This document shows, one piece after another, positions 13,135 through 22,400 of a DNA stretch of 32,000 nt. This DNA is from Micromonas sp. (Eukaryota). How positions within the stretch are numbered: the first letter of the stretch is position 1; each line of letters opens with the position of its first letter. The position numbers and the translations under genes were made by a program. The DNA is taken from NCBI GenBank assembly GCA_000090985.2, contig CP001574.1, positions 1,535,344-1,567,343 of the forward strand. The letters are read 5' to 3'. The notes under the pieces were generated by a model, which made no database searches, was not told the DNA's origin, and saw only the letters and a list, made by a program, of their open reading frames with translations.

Positions 13135-15297
13135 TCACCAAACATCCTTCTGGTATCGTCCAGACTCGGCCAGTCGTTTCACGATACCTTCTGCTTCGTG
13201 TGCAGCATATCCACCTAAATTCATCAAAATCACATGGAGTGCGCGGTGGACATCCCTTGCCATCCCTTTTGCATCTCCGCATACATATATTCTGCCCTTG
13301 TTAGCTCCGATTGTGCCCTTCATGATACCATGTAAATCCTTCGCCACACTTGCAAGTTTGTCTTGAACATACACTTTGTGTGAAGAATTGGATCGGCTGA
13401 ATGCAACTTGCAGGACTGAAATAACATTTTTCTGAAGAGCGCCTTCCATTTCATCTCTGTAGATAAAATCTTGATCCTCGTGCCGACAACCAAAAAACAA
13501 GTACGCGGGACCAAGAGTATTTCCTGCTCTTAAAAGTGCTTCTCGCTCTTGCAGAAATCCCCTAAACGGTGCAAATCCTGTTCCCGGGCCAATCATGACG
13601 ATTGGCGCGATCGGATCTCGAGGGAGTTTGAACGTACTCGAGCGAACAAACAACGGAACGCGCGTTTCCTTCATCGCTGAGTTCACAACATCAGTTTTAT
13701 TGGCGCGGGAAACAAACCTTGCGAGGTATGATGATGCAACCCCTTCATGAAGTCGCCCAGTAGGCGTTGTTGTTGATACTACTGCAACAGTTGCTGATAC
13801 AACATTGGATTTGCATCGTGGGCTAGAAGATATTGAATAGTATCGAGGTGATAGGCGTGGACCGATAGCTCCAAAAAACAATCCGAGGGGTGGGACTGCA
13901 GATGGAAATGACTCAAGAACTTCAAGCAAACTGCGCTTCGGAGACCCTATGAACGCTTCATATTCATTTTTCCCATCTGTTGATGCAAGACGTTTGAGAC
14001 GCTCACATTCGACCTTATCAGTCGATACTGATGCAAGCGCTTCTAAAGCTCCTTTCCGAGGTGGACTGAGGAGGTCAGTGTATTTGGCAAGAGCAGTGGC
14101 TAAAGTACACGGACTCGAAAATGGCTGTGGAAGAGACACGGGGCTTCCCTCCGGGACACTTAGACTGAATGAGTGGTCGAGGGGGAGGTGCAAACACGCA
14201 GCTGCCCGCTGAATCACCGCCAGAGAGTTTTCTGCAAACACACCAAGATGATCCCCAGGCTGGTATGTTATACCTGAATCGCTAATATCGAATTCAATGT
14301 GAACACAACTTCGAGTCGAAGTTACATTATGAAGCTCGCGTGCGAGGATTACGGAAGCTGCAAAGGGTGATTGTTGAGTGGCGAATCCGTCCCTTGGACA
14401 TTTTGACATTGCATCTCTTGTTCGCTTCTCTGCCTCTAGAGCATTTTCATGTGAAACTGTTGATACACAGTACGCTGGATTGATGCTCACTTGGTCTATG
14501 CCATCGTTGGCATGAATACCGTATGTATCTTCGATTGAAGCCCAAAGTGCCTCTTTCCATCGCCGAAAATCTCCTTCAAGGTCATAGTCATCATCGCCGA
14601 GATGGAGTTTCATTAGCCGCGCTGCTCCCAGAGATTTCAATGAATGATCAACGCATTTTCCGGCAGCGTTAAATTGCTCGTACGAGCTGTTTCCTAGTCC
14701 AAAAACACAGAATGTGAGTCCCTTAAGAAGTTCCGGAAGGCGGCCATCGTCAGCTTGATCACGGAGCCAATGGATGAACTCAAGGGAAGAATCTGTGGGC
14801 TCCCCGTCCCCGTATGTAGACTGGAGAAAGATTGCAAGGGGCTCGTGCCCTCGAGTAAAAATCACCTCCGCCCTCTCTGTGGTCACTTGCTCGAGGTCCA
14901 TCAGCCGCACGTGCACTTGTTTGCCATATCTGTGAAGAGTTGCTTCTTCTAGTTCACGAGCCAATCTCGCTGATGTCCCTGTTTGGGTTCCATAGTATAC
15001 CGCGACACGCAACTTGGCCTCAGGTGATCGCGCGGTGGCAACGTCATCACTTGGGGATCGCCTAGGGGGGTTCGAGTGTTTCCTTCGCCTCCGATCTGTT
15101 TTCAGGAAGAGGAGGATCAAGGAAGACACGATAAACAGAAAGGACGACGCGATCGTAATGAAATCAGAGAGTGTCGGCGGTAGAAACATTGAATGGACCA
15201 TCGGGGTTTTGGGTGGGTGCGCGATTGTTTGCAGCACTTGTGGCGCGCCGCGTCTAACGCGGGCATCTGTCAAGTGTGCTTCTGCTGGTTTCTTCAT
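13135..15297 (-). CDS. CPR: NADPH-cytochrome P450 reductase (diflavin reductase with an N-terminal membrane anchor)
   Basis: This is a single exon. The first ATG is at 15297 (the track's 15312 start is GTG). The TM anchor is FITIASSFLFIVSSLILLFL. Flavodoxin motifs are VAVYYGTQTGTSARLA and FCVFGLGNSSYEQFN. FAD/NADPH motifs are YYSISSSP, MIGPGTGFAPFRGFLQER and YVCGDAKGMARDVH. The protein ends in the characteristic ...GRYQKDVW*. Confidence 0.93.
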   Translation of the reverse strand: MKKPAEAHLTDARVRRGAPQVLQTIAHPPKTPMVHSMFLPPTLSDFITIASSFLFIVSSLILLFLKTDRRRRKHSNPPRRSPSDDVATARSPEAKLRVAVYYGTQTGTSARLARELEEATLHRYGKQVHVRLMDLEQVTTERAEVIFTRGHEPLAIFLQSTYGDGEPTDSSLEFIHWLRDQADDGRLPELLKGLTFCVFGLGNSSYEQFNAAGKCVDHSLKSLGAARLMKLHLGDDDYDLEGDFRRWKEALWASIEDTYGIHANDGIDQVSINPAYCVSTVSHENALEAEKRTRDAMSKCPRDGFATQQSPFAASVILARELHNVTSTRSCVHIEFDISDSGITYQPGDHLGVFAENSLAVIQRAAACLHLPLDHSFSLSVPEGSPVSLPQPFSSPCTLATALAKYTDLLSPPRKGALEALASVSTDKVECERLKRLASTDGKNEYEAFIGSPKRSLLEVLESFPSAVPPLGLFFGAIGPRLSPRYYSISSSPRCKSNVVSATVAVVSTTTPTGRLHEGVASSYLARFVSRANKTDVVNSAMKETRVPLFVRSSTFKLPRDPIAPIVMIGPGTGFAPFRGFLQEREALLRAGNTLGPAYLFFGCRHEDQDFIYRDEMEGALQKNVISVLQVAFSRSNSSHKVYVQDKLASVAKDLHGIMKGTIGANKGRIYVCGDAKGMARDVHRALHVILMNLGGYAAHEAEGIVKRLAESGRYQKDVW

Positions 15298-15416
15298 AAA
15301 ACTTCGTACCACTATCTAGATGCACGAATTATGGCTATGGCTAACCATAATAATTCACTGCTGCTATCTAATTATCTATCTACATACTGAGCTACTATCC
15401 GTATCTATAAATATCT

Positions 15417-15972
15417 ATAGACCATATTCCCTATATCGTTGACTTTCGGTCGGCAGGGTGGTTACCATACGATCACCGGTCGGTTGCAAATACAGACACG
15501 CGCTTCGAGCCAAACATTTTGGGTCGCGCGTGTTTTTTTTCCGTATGGCGCCCAGTGTGGACGGCGAGCGCGCTACATAACTGGCAAATACGCTACTCGG
15601 CGCCAAAGACGGAGGACGCCATCATCAACAGCGCGCCTTGGTGTTGACGAGTTTGCGTCGTCAGATACGATGTTGCGGCTTAGCTACGACAATATCATGG
15701 TTTTACGAGTTAATAGACCGTCAACTCGCCAATGAAACCGTAGCTCAGGCGCAACGTCGCATCGTGCGACGCAAACTCGTCAACACCAATGCGCGCTCCT
15801 GACGATGTCGTCCTCCATCTTTGGCGCCGAACAGCGTATTGGTGAGCCGCTCAGCGCGCTCGCCGTCCTGACTGGGCGCCATAGGGAAAAAAAACACGCG
15901 CGACCCAATTTTAGTCAAAAGTCAACGAGTCAACGAAATCAACGAGTCAACGATATAGGGAATATGGTCTAT
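15417..15972. mobile_element. Foldback-type non-autonomous element (long-TIR MITE), 556 bp
   Basis: The terminal 28 bp, ATAGACCATATTCCCTATATCGTTGACT, is perfectly inverted at the other end (...AGTCAACGATATAGGGAATATGGTCTAT). Internal arm blocks also pair, for example TTGGGTCGCGCGTGTTTTTTTTCCGTATGGCGCCCAGT..GGACGGCGAGCGCGCT against AGCGCGCTCGCCGTCC..ACTGGGCGCCATAGGGAAAAAAAACACGCGCGACCCAA, and GGCGCCAAAGACGGAGGACG... against ...CGTCCTCCATCTTTGGCGCC. The right arm has tandem (G/A)TCAACGA subrepeats. The flanks allow a TA/AT duplication, but it is ambiguous. There is no plausible coding capacity. Confidence 0.85.
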
Positions 15973-16301
15973 TACCTTCGTAATAAATAATAGATAGCTA
16001 AAACCTTAGATAGCACTAGGATCAGGAAACCGAAGTTGTCGGACTCTCGGACGATCATTATTTTTCAATCGATGCGACCCTTCTGGCTTGTTCACAAATA
16101 AAGGTGACGGCTATCATAGCTACTACGAAGGTATATTAAATACTACCTTCGTTCGTAGTATTTAGATGTTAAATATTACGAAGGTATGGAATACGAAGGC
16201 ATATATTATTATAACTTTATTATACCTTCGAAGGTATAATACCTTCGAAGGTACTAAACTATAATGTGTGGACAGCTTAATAATAAACTTTTACGAAGGT
16301 A

Positions 16302-16614
16302 TTCTGAATTTCATTATGGGTGAGGCACTTTTATATATGCTTATTACACCATAAGAACATATTTATTATACTTTTATTATATTATGATATACGATACAAT
16401 TATTTAAGTATTATTTATCTTCGTATAATATTATCTATTATGATCATTTGATAGAACATAGAATATATGATCATATCATAAGCACATTATCATATCGTTT
16501 ATGTTCTCACATACGTAAATATGACTTAAATATGTAAGCGGGTTATCATTATCTTTATGATATTGAATTAATAACGAAAAAAGTGCCTCATCACCCTAAT
16601 AATGAAATTCAGAA
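16302..16614. mobile_element. MITE (313 bp) with about 40-bp terminal inverted repeats and a TA target-site duplication (Stowaway/Tc1-mariner-like behaviour)
   Basis: The left TIR is TTCTGAATTTCATTATGGGTGAGGCACTTTT. The right end is AAAAGTGCCTCATCACCCTAATAATGAAATTCAGAA, its reverse complement with small indels. TA flanks both sides (16300-16301 and 16615-16616). The interior is AT-rich and non-coding. A related solo TIR lies at 6090. Confidence 0.8.
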
Positions 16615-16871
16615 TACCTTCGTAACACTTACCTTCATTATCCTTCATTCATAGTTCTCATAAAATGTGACATGATAGCAGATAGCTAGCTAGCGTGAAA
16701 TATGATATGGTATCATAGTTCGAAATCATATTATTCAAAATACCTTCGAAGGTAAGATTCAAAAGAAACCACGACGAAGACATATTTTTTAGCCGGTTCA
16801 TAACAATATCATTCCCGAGAAAGGATGCCGAGCGTTACGTCCCTCCTTGATGCGTTTGTCAGTCGGGAACA

Positions 16872-16994
16872 GGCTGAATGTCCGAGCGGTCTAAGGAGCG
16901 CGACTCAAGGCCGAATAAAAAAGCCTTCCACAAAAATTGTGTGAGATCATTCGCGTGTGCTATGCACTCGTGGGTTCGAACCCCACTTCAGCCA
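16872..16994 (+). tRNA. tRNA-Leu (anticodon CAA) with a 40-nt intron
   Basis: The acceptor stem GGCTGAA pairs with TTCAGCC, followed by discriminator A. The D arm is TCC-GAGCGGTCTAA-GGA (type II). The anticodon stem CGCGA/TCGCG has loop CT-CAA-G and the anticodon is at 16906-16908. A canonical 37/38 intron occupies 16910-16949. The long variable arm is GTGC-TAT-GCAC, the T arm is GTGGG-TTCGAAC-CCCAC, and a T-run follows downstream. Confidence 0.92.
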
Positions 16995-17149
16995 AAATAT
17001 TTTATTTGCTTCCTTCGTACGAATGAGATACCGTGCACGATATGACAAGACTGTACCTTCGTACCTCTTACAAATATTTACCTTCAAGTGAGCAAACGCA
17101 CATCATCGCTAAACCACCATTGACGAGTTAAAAATGAAAGATGTTCACG

Positions 17150-17263
17150 ATGTATGGAACGAATAGACCGTGATTCCTGATTGACGATACCAGGTGACTG
17201 TTACAATGTATGGAACGAATAGACCGTGGCTCCTGCTGGTTGACGATACCAGTTCTGTGTGAC
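17150..17263. repeat. 56-bp tandem duplication (about 2 copies)
   Basis: ATGTATGGAACGAATAGACCGTGATTCCTGATTGACGATACCAG... (17150-17205) repeats from 17206 with a few substitutions and a 2-nt insertion. It is followed by GTGACATTTTTG, which resembles the GACATTTTTGAC start of the 56-bp units at 2-126. Confidence 0.8.
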
Positions 17264-18083
17264 ATTTTTGCAAGTTGTTTCCCGAATCAGATATGCCGAA
17301 TTGACTTGACATGAGATTCCGAACCTGCGAAGGGAGCATTTTTTGGTTGCACCTTCGTTCACACCAGAAAGATCAGCGATGCCGATTAAAATTGCAAAAT
17401 GTCCGCTACTAGAATGGATACTGCTGTTTCGTTATTCAATATCCGAAGTCCAATTCACTTCATTCACACATATCAGTATCAATCGTTGACATTTTTCACT
17501 AATAAGAATTGATGAGCGCTTCATCACAGCAGTGCTACCTTATTTTTACCTTCGAAGGTAATATATTACTTCGTGTCATTTTTTTTCCCGTTGATTCGTG
17601 AACCGTTAGATAGAAAACGAATTGAGGATGAATGTTTACTCGATCGTACGGATACGTGAGGGCATCTAATATAAATAATAAATACGAAGGTACACCTTCG
17701 TACACACTATCATACTGGACTCGCATATTTAATTCAGTTTTAATTCCATATGTGAGTTAATATCGTCGTCAAGGAAGAGACTGTTTGCCTGTGCTAGCCA
17801 AGTGCGAGAATCGGGACAAATACAACGCCCACAGGTAGATGGTGACAAAATCCACCGTAATATCCCGAAAATCGGGAATCGTGTTAGAGCGCACAGGTGA
17901 CTAGTCAGGTCCGGATTGAAAATGAAACGTCCCTGACTGTTTGCCACATCCCTCGGCTACAAATAGCCGGCTACAATCGAAATGCCCCGAGGGGCGGGTG
18001 CTGGGCTGCCCAGTCACCAGTCGCTGTCAGTTTTCTCGGAACGCTCGACCACCAGGACGTCATAACTCGTATCGCCGTGCGCC

Positions 18084-18626
18084 ATGAACACCATGTGGCG
18101 CCCGGCCTTGTTGAACAGGGACGCCATCGTCGCTAAGGAAGAGCCCGACGACCACCACCACAACCCCTCCGCCGTCAACGTAGAACCTCCCGCGGACGAC
18201 CATGGGGAAGACGAAAAGACGGAGGATCTCGCAGGGAAGATGTCGACGATTTGGCGACCCAACCTCGGCCGGCTGTACGCCAGCGTCGCCGAGATGGAGG
18301 TATCGGAGAGCGAAGAGGAGGAGAAGGATGCGACGAAGAAGGGCGTGAAGCGGAAGAGAGGCCCTCGCCCGAAGGGGCCATGCGAGCACGGGTCGAAGTG
18401 CAAGGTGTGCGGTGCTTGTCCGCACGGTCGTCAGCGCTCTCGGTGCCAGGAGTGCGGTGGGTCTCAAATCTGCGAGCACGGTCGTCACCGCTTCAGCTGC
18501 AAGGAGTGCGGTGGTGCATCAATCTGCGAGCACGGTCGTCACCGCCATAGGTGCAAGGAGTGCGGCGGGTCTCAGATCTGCGAGCGCGGCCGTCGGCGCT
18601 CTCGGTGCAAGGAGTGCAAGAAATAG
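18084..18626 (+). CDS. Intronless Cys/His/Arg-rich repeat protein with tandem CxHGRxRxxCKECGGxxI zinc-ribbon-like units
   Basis: The ORF is 180 codons with ATG at 18084. The N-terminal half is acidic and has duplicated M(N/S)T(M/I)WRP(A/N)L motifs, followed by a KRKRGPRPKG basic patch. Four units of 18 aa (54 nt) start at 18417, 18471, 18525 and 18579: CPHGRQRSRCQECGGSQI, CEHGRHRFSCKECGGASI, CEHGRHRHRCKECGGSQI and CERGRRRSRCKECKK*. I recall similar repeats from assorted protist and large-DNA-virus proteomes but know of no characterised function. Many overlapping ORFs arise here because of GC-richness, and this is the only one with an internal periodic Cys pattern. Confidence 0.6.
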   Translation: MNTMWRPALLNRDAIVAKEEPDDHHHNPSAVNVEPPADDHGEDEKTEDLAGKMSTIWRPNLGRLYASVAEMEVSESEEEEKDATKKGVKRKRGPRPKGPCEHGSKCKVCGACPHGRQRSRCQECGGSQICEHGRHRFSCKECGGASICEHGRHRHRCKECGGSQICERGRRRSRCKECKK

Positions 18627-18668
18627 CTCAACTCAAGCTGCGGCTGATTCGACGTCCTAATCGACAAA

Positions 18669-18899
18669 CTAAAGACCTCCAGGGCTCTCCCCGCGCTTCA
18701 GGTCCTCGCGGTGTTTTCCCAACATCTCCCCGACCTCCGCCTTGACGGCGTCGTCCCACGACTCCTCCATCTGGCGCAGCCGATCGGCGATCGCCAGCGC
18801 GTGTCCGCACACGCGATCGCGAACAAAGTCCGTCACCGCCGCCGTCTTGAGCGCGCCGAACCCGTCCCGGTCCAAACGCGCGTCCACAGCTGTGTCCAT
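18669..18899 (-). CDS. Hypothetical 76-aa ORF in the GC-rich block (weak)
   Basis: MDTAVDARLDRDGFGALKTAAVTDFVRDRVCGHALAIADRLRQMEESWDDAVKAEVGEMLGKHREDLKRGESPGGL has a balanced, helical-looking composition, unlike the S/R/P-rich alternative frames. I recognised no family. GC-rich DNA produces spurious ORFs. Confidence 0.25.
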   Translation of the reverse strand: MDTAVDARLDRDGFGALKTAAVTDFVRDRVCGHALAIADRLRQMEESWDDAVKAEVGEMLGKHREDLKRGESPGGL

Positions 18900-19073
18900 A
18901 TCTCATCGGTCATTGGCTATGCCGACATTCCCGGGGACGGACCCTGTCAAATCACTAAATTTCCTATCCCGCCCTCGGCAGCCCTCGCTTCTGCCCGAGC
19001 TGCGTGTTGGTTGGCTGCGAAAGTATGTGAGATGGCACGTATGGTTCGCTCGCCCGCACCTGAACAACCGCTC

Positions 19074-19376
19074 TCAATGCGAAGGTTGTAGATGGCTTGT
19101 CGTGTGTTTTTGTTTCACGTCGTGCCATGTGTTTCGAAGCAACTCCAAATTAACACTTAAACGCATGTGTTTCATCCAGAGATCCGGGACATCCGCGTTG
19201 GCAACAATACCACGAGCTTGACCGTCGTCAGGTGCACATTCCATGCGAACGCCCATCCCTGAAGTTGCTGATCTTGTCTGGCTGTGAATTTCCAGGATTT
19301 CGCGGTGAGCTAGCTGCTCTCGCGTGGAAGATTCGGTACTGAACTTATCTTTCGCTGCGCAAATCTTTGCTTTCAT
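19074..19376 (-). CDS. Hypothetical 100-aa ORF immediately downstream of the giant gene (weak)
   Basis: The ATG is at 19376 and the product is MKAKICAAKDKF...GQARGIVANADVPDLWMKHMRL.... I recognised no motif. It starts only about 100 bp after the stop of the upstream same-strand gene. A phase-compatible splice to the 18899 ORF is possible but unsupported. Confidence 0.3.
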   Translation of the reverse strand: MKAKICAAKDKFSTESSTREQLAHREILEIHSQTRSATSGMGVRMECAPDDGQARGIVANADVPDLWMKHMRLSVNLELLRNTWHDVKQKHTTSHLQPSH

Positions 19377-19476
19377 GGACTCCTATGTAAAGGGTTCGTT
19401 TCCAAGAACAAAGACGATTAGCTTGTCTTAGAGGCCGTGACATGATTGATAAATATTTTCGACGATCATTCGACGA

Positions 19477-22400
19477 TCATTTCCATAGGAAACGGCACGT
19501 AATGAGAAAAGTAAAGTCAAAAGACAGCTGGAAAAACAGTCCCAATACCCTTAGCATATCTTTTGTGAGGGAGCCTAAAAACCTCCAAGTCAAGCCAGCA
19601 TTTAAACTTAGCTGCAGTAGAAATACGACTGCATCGAAATGCTGAGAAGTGTGATCCGATCCACTTATTTTAAAGATGCCCAGGTGCAACATGAACGCAA
19701 GAACAAAGAGGGAAAACGTTTCCAGTGCCTGCTGCACGTCTGAAGCAAAAGGTTCATATGTAAGGTGAATGATGGTCGCTACCTGTGACACGGGGATAGT
19801 TGTCAAATGTTAGCAGGATCGATTGGATTGGCATTCCCTCTCGATGCGTGTTCGATAATCAATTCCGTGCATTTGATGAATTCTGGACAACAAACTGGTG
19901 GGGCCACAGTCACAAATGATTGATTAACCAAAATATTATGGGAGAATAGTTATCAACGCAAGTTCCCTTACCCTGAACGATGCAGAGAGATACATGGGCT
20001 GCCATCAGGGGTCGATCTTGCAATATGATCGTTACAATCTGAGCCAAAGGTTTGATGCTGATGTTGACAAATTTATCGAGGAGAATGTCAAACGGTTGAG
20101 TAAGTGGACACGCACCATAAGGGACAACTTTCGGGCCATCAACATAAAATCCCACCAATAATATACGGGATGGAAACCTTGAAATAAGTAGCCGAGCCTA
20201 ATTTTCACCGATTGCCAATGCAAACGATCGTTATGACTTCGCATATGCCAAAATACGAGGCAGAGTGGAATGCAGAGATATACAACAGAGAACACTCCGG
20301 CGCCTAGAAGCCAGGCACGATGCAATTTAGTTTCAGCACTCAAGCTCAAGTCGGCAAGCAAATATGTGCCAGTATCAACGAAATTCCGCGTTCGTATGAG
20401 CTGGACAAGGTGTTTGATAATGATAATCCATGAAAAACGGAACATTATCAAAGCAAAACAAATGGTCATGTCATAGGCAGTGGCGGACATTTTAGAAATC
20501 TGATCCTCTGTTGGTCCAAGGACAGCATTCCCGTATTCATCTTCCCATCGCTCATCCATACGACTAAGAAGCGCATCTCTGCCACGACCGAGCTCAAAGA
20601 AATTTGGCGCAGTTTTCAACTCGTGGAGTGATTGTTGGAGCACCGAAGTGTCGTTACCCTTTCTTCGTTCAGAGGTGATATTTTCCTCGATCTCCGTTAT
20701 CTTCTTGTAAAATTCACACCTCCTTTGCCAAACATCACGGGCAAGAAAGGTTGAGTAGCAAAAAAAGGATAAAAGAAGTATCATCCCGGGCAAGCTCATG
20801 TAATATGCGACATAGTGGTAGTGATTCCAGTGCAGTAAACAGTCCGTCTCAAACGAACGGACGGATGGAGTTGATAGTTTATCTGCAATTTGGAAGAGAA
20901 AATATTGCGCATCAGACCAATCTAAGTCAATGTTCTTGAGGATGGCCTGTCGTAATGGTCAAGCAGAAAGCGAATGATGAAGCGAATTCATGTGACAAAG
21001 AGAAAACAAGGAAAGCTCTTGGGGTAAATATGCTGACATTCGACCACCATTATCTGAAAATGCGACAGCATTATCCTACACAGGCCTACAGTAAAATTGT
21101 GCCGACGACTAGCTATGCGGAAAACAGTCATTACAACTGCCCCTTGTACCGCAAACAATGTGGTCAAAATCAAAACACCCGTGACAGCTGTCGAACACTC
21201 ATTACACTTCAGGCTTCGCCCATCCATAGACGGACTTGCATATCCACGCGAGCAAACGGCGCAAAGATTACCTTCATGACCGGTCGTACAAGCACTGTGC
21301 ACGCCTCCGAGGCATGCGCGGAAATTCAAGCATTTATAAATAAAAGTAATATTCCTGCTGGTCCTCCAATAACCAGATTTCACGACGATGTGTTCTGAGG
21401 AAAGACCGTTGCATATGCCACCATTCGGGCAAGGGTGGCATTCAAATGAATCTTCAGGATGACTCCGATAGGTGGACAACGATCTGTCATTGGGATTATA
21501 CGGAGAAATGCAATGGCACGCGTCCTTTTCATAATTTGCAAGAAAGCCGGGAAGACGTTCACCAGAAAATGTCGTCCATAACTCCTTTCGGTAGCCATTT
21601 TGTTTTGACGTATCCATGTCATTTGGACACGCCGTGCAGTCTTGAGGGCCAGGGGATTCCTTGTAGTGACCGTTAGTGCACGGGACGCACACACCATATG
21701 GATGAAGAACAGGTGAATAAATATCCGACATGGAGACAACCATGTTGTACAGATTAGGGCTTGCAGATATGCTTTTTGTAGAGTCACTGTACCCCGTGCT
21801 GACAGTGGAACCACGGCGAGTGTCTTCTGTATAGCCAGGCATGCACTCACACTGGCCATTTTGATCGTTTTGCGAGTTCGGTTTGACATCTTTGCAAGCC
21901 AATAGTGTGAAAGGAAAGTGGGTCTTGCTGAGACCTATAGTTACAACATCAAATTGGAGCAAATACGATCTCCCGCGGTCCCCAAGAATTCTTAACTCTG
22001 TAAAAGTAGCCATTCCATCAGTCAAAGGAGCAATTTGACCACGAATACCCCGCGCACTCGGCATAACAGAAATCATTGCAAATGTGTTCAAATCATCGCA
22101 TACGTTATTAGCAATGTCCAAGGTAAGCAACCGAATATGTGGGGTGATTATGAAGTCATTTTCAAATGTTGCAGGTGGCTCGTCCAAAAAGTCTAAGCGT
22201 TTTGGGATACCTGGAATTATGGTAATCTCAAGCTCGTCATTATTCAGTTCTTGATAGGATGCATCTTCGCACACTTGCAGGGGACAATAGCTTGAAAATC
22301 GAAATCTGTAATTGCCAACATATGGACGTTCAAGATATAGACCATATGCACGTCCAAACCATGAAGGTTTCGTTTGAATTCCATAGAACGCGCATTTCGT

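Larger units (their letters stand above)
15973..17705. repeat. Long AT-rich intergenic tract rich in TACCTTCG(T/A)A motifs; it hosts a MITE, tRNA-Leu and 56-bp repeats
   Basis: Motif sites start at 15973, 16124, 16144, 16177, 16223 and 16240 (two perfect palindromes 17 bp apart), 16292, 16615, 16741 (perfect), 17054, 17350 (variant), 17547 (perfect), 17683 and 17693. A hand count of one 60-nt line (16321-16380) gives 13 G+C. Confidence 0.85.

Noticed and set aside
15439-15735. 98-aa and 63-aa ORFs inside the foldback element
   Set aside because: They run through the inverted-repeat arms, with mirror-image ORFs on both arms, and have no protein-like features. The element is best explained as non-autonomous.
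18014-18906. Multiple overlapping ORFs on both strands of the GC-rich block (18014-18403, 18060-18488, 18251-18550, 18412-18660, 18628-18906, 18711-19091, 18742-19221)
   Set aside because: GC-rich DNA is depleted in stop codons. These frames give S/R/P/A-rich low-complexity products, and only the 18084-18626 frame shows a periodic Cys/His pattern.
19783-19971. The strong GTAAGG donor at 19971 as the real exon boundary in the giant gene tail
   Set aside because: It is phase 1. The only downstream acceptors compatible with phase 1 lead into a frame that stops at about 19805 with no further donor. The weaker phase-0 donor at 19993 joins cleanly to the acceptor at 19783. This remains uncertain without cDNA.
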